Source: Acaryochloris marina S15 (GTDB lineage Bacteria; Cyanobacteriota; Cyanobacteriia; Thermosynechococcales; Thermosynechococcaceae). Taken from it: DNA of 32,000 nt. A program made the position numbers and the translations under genes. Where the stretch lies: positions 5,550,001-5,582,000 of the forward strand of contig NZ_CP064923.1 in assembly GCF_018336915.1 (NCBI RefSeq), in the 5' to 3' direction. Each line of letters opens with the position of its first letter. Position 1 is the stretch's first letter. The notes beneath the pieces are model-generated. The model did not search any database. It had not been told where the DNA came from and saw nothing but the letters and a program-made list of their open reading frames with translations. Positions 27,929 through 32,000 of this stretch are shown here, piece by piece.

Positions 27929-30900
27929 GTGGATAAATTAGTCGTATTGCGCATGGGAGAAGGTAGCTTTACACAGGGTTTTCCTGTGACCCTTCAAGTT
28001 GGCAAAGAAAACGACAGACCCTCGACTGAAATTGTTGGTTTTCTTCCTCCCAATCCTAATATTCCTCAGTATTATCAAGGGTGGCAAACGGCTTATCTCA
28101 ACTTGGGACTAACCACCCGTTTAGATGCTCCCACAGAACAATTAACCAACATCGATTGGCAAGAACTCCAAATCAACTGCGAACAGGCAGCCCACACACT
28201 TCATCATGCATTAGATCAATGGCTTCTAGCAGACCCCTTTCGACCTGTTCGGGATAAATGGCTGGAGCAACTTTCTCTACAAGATCACATCCGGATTATT
28301 TTGCAAACGGATAATCCGCAACTGCAGCGCTTACCCTGGCATCAGTGGGAACTTTTAACACGCTACCCCTTTGCCGAACTGGTCTTGAGTGCTCCAACCT
28401 ATGAAGGCATTCAGCGCCAATCTAGCTCCACTGCTGGCATCAAGATTCTTGCCATTTTGGGGAGTAGCCAAGGCATCAATACTCAAGCAGATCACGGGTT
28501 ACTGAATCAGCTTCCTAACGCAAATGTGACGTTTCTGGTAGAACCACAGCGGCAAGAACTCACCGATCAGCTATGGGATCAAAACTGGGATATTTTATTT
28601 TTCGCAGGCCATAGCCATAGCTCTAATCCCTGTGACACAGGCCATATTTGCCTCAATGCTCATGAAACACTGAATATCAATCAGCTGAAGTATGCTCTGC
28701 AGCAAGCCATTAGCAAAGGGTTACAGCTTGCTATTTTCAACTCTTGTGACGGTTTAGGACTCGCCCATCAACTGGCTGACATCCATCTGCCAGCCATGGT
28801 GATCATGCGCGAACCCATTCCTGATCAAGTAGCCCAATATTTTCTCAAGTACTTCTTAACTGCTTTTTCCAAAGGCAAACCTTTTCATTTAGCCGTCCGC
28901 GAAGCTCGGGAACGACTCCATGATCTTGAGCCTCATTTTCCATGTGCCACGTGGCTGCCGATTATTTGCCAAAATCCAGCCGAGATTCCACCCACATGGC
29001 AAAAGCTGAGTAAAAGTGATGGAGACGACTATTCTTTATGGCGCCATGACAATGACTCAGCAGCTCAAATCGTCACGATTGTCTTCACCGATTTAGTCAG
29101 CTCTACTGCCATTAAACAGGCTATGCCTGGCCTGGATGTCACAACCCGTAACCACCAGTATTACGACACAATTCTCCAACCCCACCGCCAACGCGTCACA
29201 GCTAGCTTAACGGCCTTTGGCGGTCGCTTGGTCAAAACAGAAGGGGATGGCTTTCTTATAAGCTTTCCAGGTGCCATGCAGGCTGCACAATGGTCCATCG
29301 CCCTGCAACAGCACCATGAACAAGATCCGATTACGACACCGTTTGGCCCCTTACAAGTCAGAATCGGTATGCATACAGGCAGCCCCTTATTGAAGGCTGA
29401 AGATCATGACTACATTGGCCAAGAAGTAGACTATGCCTATCGCATTTCTGACTTAGCTGATGGTGGACAAATCCTACTGTCAGAAGTCTCAGCCGTGTTG
29501 CTGCGCAATGCAGGCCTAACGGATATTACGGTGTATGACCATGACCATTGCTCCCTCAAAGGAATCGGCTGTGTACCTGTTTTCGAAATTCTCTGGGACA
29601 ATCGGCAACCCCGTCCGGTGCGAGATACACCATCCACGGTCTCGAATTCTCGCCATCAAGACCGACAGTCACCGGAAGTAGAACAAACTTTGCCAACTGC
29701 TGTGGCACCAATTGTTGCGGAACTGCCTCTAGAAAAAGTATCTCTCTTTTCTAAAGTTCACCGTTTTTGTCGCCGTCCTCTTTTATCCGCCTTGCCTACC
29801 AGTCTATGTTTGACAGCTGCCATTATTGGCATTCGAGGGCTAGGCATTCTACAGCCCATAGAGTTTTGGGCATTTGATCAGCTCCTGCGCCTCAGACCAA
29901 ATGAAGGTCCCGATCCCAGGCTATTAATTGTATTGGTCACGGATAAAGATATTCAGGCCCAAGGGGATCAGACGAAGCGGAGTTCTTTAAATGATCCAAC
30001 CCTGACTCGACTCCTGACTCAGTTAAACAAGGCTAAACCCCAGGCCATCGGCTTAGACATTTACAGAGATTTTACCGTTGATCCGAACTACCCCCAACTC
30101 GCGACCCAACTCAAGAACAATGAGCGCTTAGTAGTTCCCTGTAAAGGGAGTGATTCATCCAGTAATACAGATGGCATCGCGCCTCCAACTGAAGTACAAG
30201 CACCCAATCGCATCGGTTTTACAGATTTTATCGAAGATGGAGATGGGGTGTTACGCCGACATATCCTTCATATGAACCATGAGCCTGCCTCTCCCTGTCA
30301 AGCGTCTTTCTCCTTCGGTTCTCTGTTAGCCTTCCATTACTTGGAACAGCAGTCACCCCAGACATTTTCCCTCAAGTTTGCTGAACCCGAAGGCCACCCC
30401 TTGGAGTTGCAGGTTCAAACGGATCAACCTGGTACCGGAACAACACGAACCACAATCTTTAAACAACTACAGCCCCATGGCGGCTATCAAGGGATTAACG
30501 ATGACCGCATGAGAGGCTTGCAATTAATGCTAAATTATCGAGCCTTAAAGAGACCGACAGACATTGCCAAAACGGTAACTTTGGAGCAAGTACTGGCGGG
30601 ACAAGTTAATGCCAATGCGATTAAAGACAAGGTTGTTTTAGTGGGAGTCCAAGCGAGTGGATCTGGAGATTTTTGGTCTACTCCCTACGGTGCTGGCCCC
30701 ACTCAGAAGGTGGCAGGTGTTTTTGTGCAGGCTCATATGGCCAGTCAGATCATCAGTGCCGTTGAAGATCAACGTTCCTGCTTCAAAATATGGCCTCAAT
30801 GGGCTGATGGTCTTTGGATCTGGGGCTGGGCAATGATGGGCGGCATCGTTGCTATTGTCTTCAAACTCACAACTCGCACCGGTGTGATCAGCACTGTTTT

Positions 30901-31051
30901 AGTGAGTGGATTGTTCAGCCTCTGTTTATGGGGCCTGATACAGGCCATCTGGATGCCGCTCATACCGTCCCTGATAGCTTTTGTCATCACGACCGTTGCG
31001 GTGCTGTTAGTGCGCACCAAAAAAATTGATCATGATCATCCAGCTTCTTAA
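27929..31051 (+). CDS. Multidomain membrane protein: N-terminal CHAT (caspase-like) protease domain, class III nucleotide cyclase domain, TM helix, CHASE2 sensor domain, three C-terminal TM helices
   Basis: GTG start. CHAT core spans ~aa 170-350 with the His/Cys dyad FFAGH(228)SH (28610-28612) and IFNSC(273)DG (28745-28747). The cyclase spans ~aa 381-556 (VTIVFTDLVSST, VKTEGDGFLISF, VRIGMHTG, GQEVDYAYRISDLADGGQILLS). TM1 is aa 617-640. CHASE2 spans ~aa 641-955 (LRLRPNEGPDPRLLIVLVTDKDI, AIGLDIYRD, GFTDFIEDGDGVLRR, VVLVGVQA). The C-terminal TM helices are aa 958-1028. Confidence 0.8.
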   Translation: MDKLVVLRMGEGSFTQGFPVTLQVGKENDRPSTEIVGFLPPNPNIPQYYQGWQTAYLNLGLTTRLDAPTEQLTNIDWQELQINCEQAAHTLHHALDQWLLADPFRPVRDKWLEQLSLQDHIRIILQTDNPQLQRLPWHQWELLTRYPFAELVLSAPTYEGIQRQSSSTAGIKILAILGSSQGINTQADHGLLNQLPNANVTFLVEPQRQELTDQLWDQNWDILFFAGHSHSSNPCDTGHICLNAHETLNINQLKYALQQAISKGLQLAIFNSCDGLGLAHQLADIHLPAMVIMREPIPDQVAQYFLKYFLTAFSKGKPFHLAVREARERLHDLEPHFPCATWLPIICQNPAEIPPTWQKLSKSDGDDYSLWRHDNDSAAQIVTIVFTDLVSSTAIKQAMPGLDVTTRNHQYYDTILQPHRQRVTASLTAFGGRLVKTEGDGFLISFPGAMQAAQWSIALQQHHEQDPITTPFGPLQVRIGMHTGSPLLKAEDHDYIGQEVDYAYRISDLADGGQILLSEVSAVLLRNAGLTDITVYDHDHCSLKGIGCVPVFEILWDNRQPRPVRDTPSTVSNSRHQDRQSPEVEQTLPTAVAPIVAELPLEKVSLFSKVHRFCRRPLLSALPTSLCLTAAIIGIRGLGILQPIEFWAFDQLLRLRPNEGPDPRLLIVLVTDKDIQAQGDQTKRSSLNDPTLTRLLTQLNKAKPQAIGLDIYRDFTVDPNYPQLATQLKNNERLVVPCKGSDSSSNTDGIAPPTEVQAPNRIGFTDFIEDGDGVLRRHILHMNHEPASPCQASFSFGSLLAFHYLEQQSPQTFSLKFAEPEGHPLELQVQTDQPGTGTTRTTIFKQLQPHGGYQGINDDRMRGLQLMLNYRALKRPTDIAKTVTLEQVLAGQVNANAIKDKVVLVGVQASGSGDFWSTPYGAGPTQKVAGVFVQAHMASQIISAVEDQRSCFKIWPQWADGLWIWGWAMMGGIVAIVFKLTTRTGVISTVLVSGLFSLCLWGLIQAIWMPLIPSLIAFVITTVAVLLVRTKKIDHDHPAS

Positions 31052-31082
31052 ATCCTCATCCCCAGTAAAGGAGATTTCGTTT

Positions 31083-31931
31083 ATGCTGACTGCCCAACCT
31101 TTTTCTCGATCAATGCTGCTAACCTTAGCAGTTTGTACCATGGCAAGTGCAGGACTTTCTGGGCGCACACCCCATGTAATGGCCATGCATCAGCACCACC
31201 ATCTGACCTTTACCATGCCAACTCCCCCCAGCGACCCCGGCGCCCCGACCGGTCGGCGTGAAGGTGGAAGCAGTCGTGGCGATAAAATTTACACTTTATG
31301 TAAGACGGAAGCAGAAGCAGCCAACAAACAATGTGCAACGTCCCGATTAACCGCTCTAGTACCTGAAATTGATGCAGAAAAACAGATCTGGGGGCTGACA
31401 ACAGCTGATCACCCGGAATTCCTCTTCTACTTATCGAAGTTCAGAACCCCAGAACAACCCCAAACCACACGCCTGAACATTGAATTCGTCTTGCAAGACG
31501 AGAACGATCAATACGTCCACAAAACCCGTTTTGCTTTACCGTTGACGGAAGGTGGCATCATTCGTATTCCTATTCCTGCAAACCGAGATCCTTTACAGGT
31601 GGGCAAGCGATATACCTGGACGCTTTTGACAAAATTCGGACCGAACGAGACCAATTATGTACACGGCAGAATCTACCGTGTACAGATGGACACCCAACGC
31701 CAGCAGCAATTGCCAACAGCTTCCCCCTTGAAGCGTTTGGAAATCTATTTGGAAGAAGGCTTATGGTTCGATGCAATTTCGATGTTGGTTGATTTAAAGC
31801 AAGATGCTCCCCAAGATCTAACGCTGATCTCAAAATGGAACAGTTTGTTAGACAATATCAATCTCAAAGAACTGGCCACTGAACCCATGCTGTCCTGTTG
31901 TACCCCTGAACCCCATTTATCCCTCAAATAA
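31083..31931 (+). CDS. DUF928 domain protein, secreted
   Basis: The ATG at 31083 is preceded by AAGGAG (31068-31073). It has a signal-peptide-like N-terminus MLTAQPFSRSMLLTLAVCTMASAG. The DUF928 hallmark PPSDPGAPTGRREGGSSRGD is followed by LTALVP...WGLTTADHPEFLFYL...EFVLQDEND...GKRYTW. The track start at 31026 overlaps the previous gene. Confidence 0.75.
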   Translation: MLTAQPFSRSMLLTLAVCTMASAGLSGRTPHVMAMHQHHHLTFTMPTPPSDPGAPTGRREGGSSRGDKIYTLCKTEAEAANKQCATSRLTALVPEIDAEKQIWGLTTADHPEFLFYLSKFRTPEQPQTTRLNIEFVLQDENDQYVHKTRFALPLTEGGIIRIPIPANRDPLQVGKRYTWTLLTKFGPNETNYVHGRIYRVQMDTQRQQQLPTASPLKRLEIYLEEGLWFDAISMLVDLKQDAPQDLTLISKWNSLLDNINLKELATEPMLSCCTPEPHLSLK

Positions 31932-32000
31932 TCAGGTCTTTGATGATGCCTGATTATGGCTGTTGATAAACCGTTAGGAATAAGACAGGGTTTGAGTCTT

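Overview
This is a cyanobacterial chromosomal segment. The evidence is ten perfect copies of the HIP1 palindrome GCGATCGC plus Ycf65/PSRP-3, TxlA, a PaO-type Rieske oxygenase and DUF1822/DUF928 genes. Most of the window is ordinary housekeeping: a split UPF0016 cation-transporter pair, a Nif3-like gene, hisD, an APH-like kinase, a GNAT, ubiX, a vanZ-VOC-MOSC cluster, pyrG, a ROK kinase, ispF, a CNNM/CorC protein and one tRNA-CAU. Four things stand out. (1) The last 5.7 kb (26217-31931) is a tight four-gene operon. It encodes a sigma-70-like protein, a DUF1822 protein, a 1040-aa CHAT protease / class III cyclase / CHASE2 membrane protein with its domains in inverted order, and a secreted DUF928 protein. 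I rank this the best candidate for an undescribed signalling system, possibly a protease-gated sigma factor analogous to the type III-E CRISPR Craspase-Csx30-RpoE module but CRISPR-independent. (2) An IS1634-family element with a perfect 8-bp target-site duplication splits a Cas4-like PD-(D/E)XK nuclease gene, and the intact ORF can be rebuilt in frame by hand. (3) The 3' end of the Rieske/PaO oxygenase gene is frame-disrupted at an AT-rich palindromic insert, with the apparent native C-terminus displaced to the +1 frame. (4) Two adjacent secreted proteins carry three diverged copies of an unassigned ~87-aa domain. No CRISPR array, rRNA or recognisable prophage is present. All family calls come from motif recognition by eye and no database search was run.
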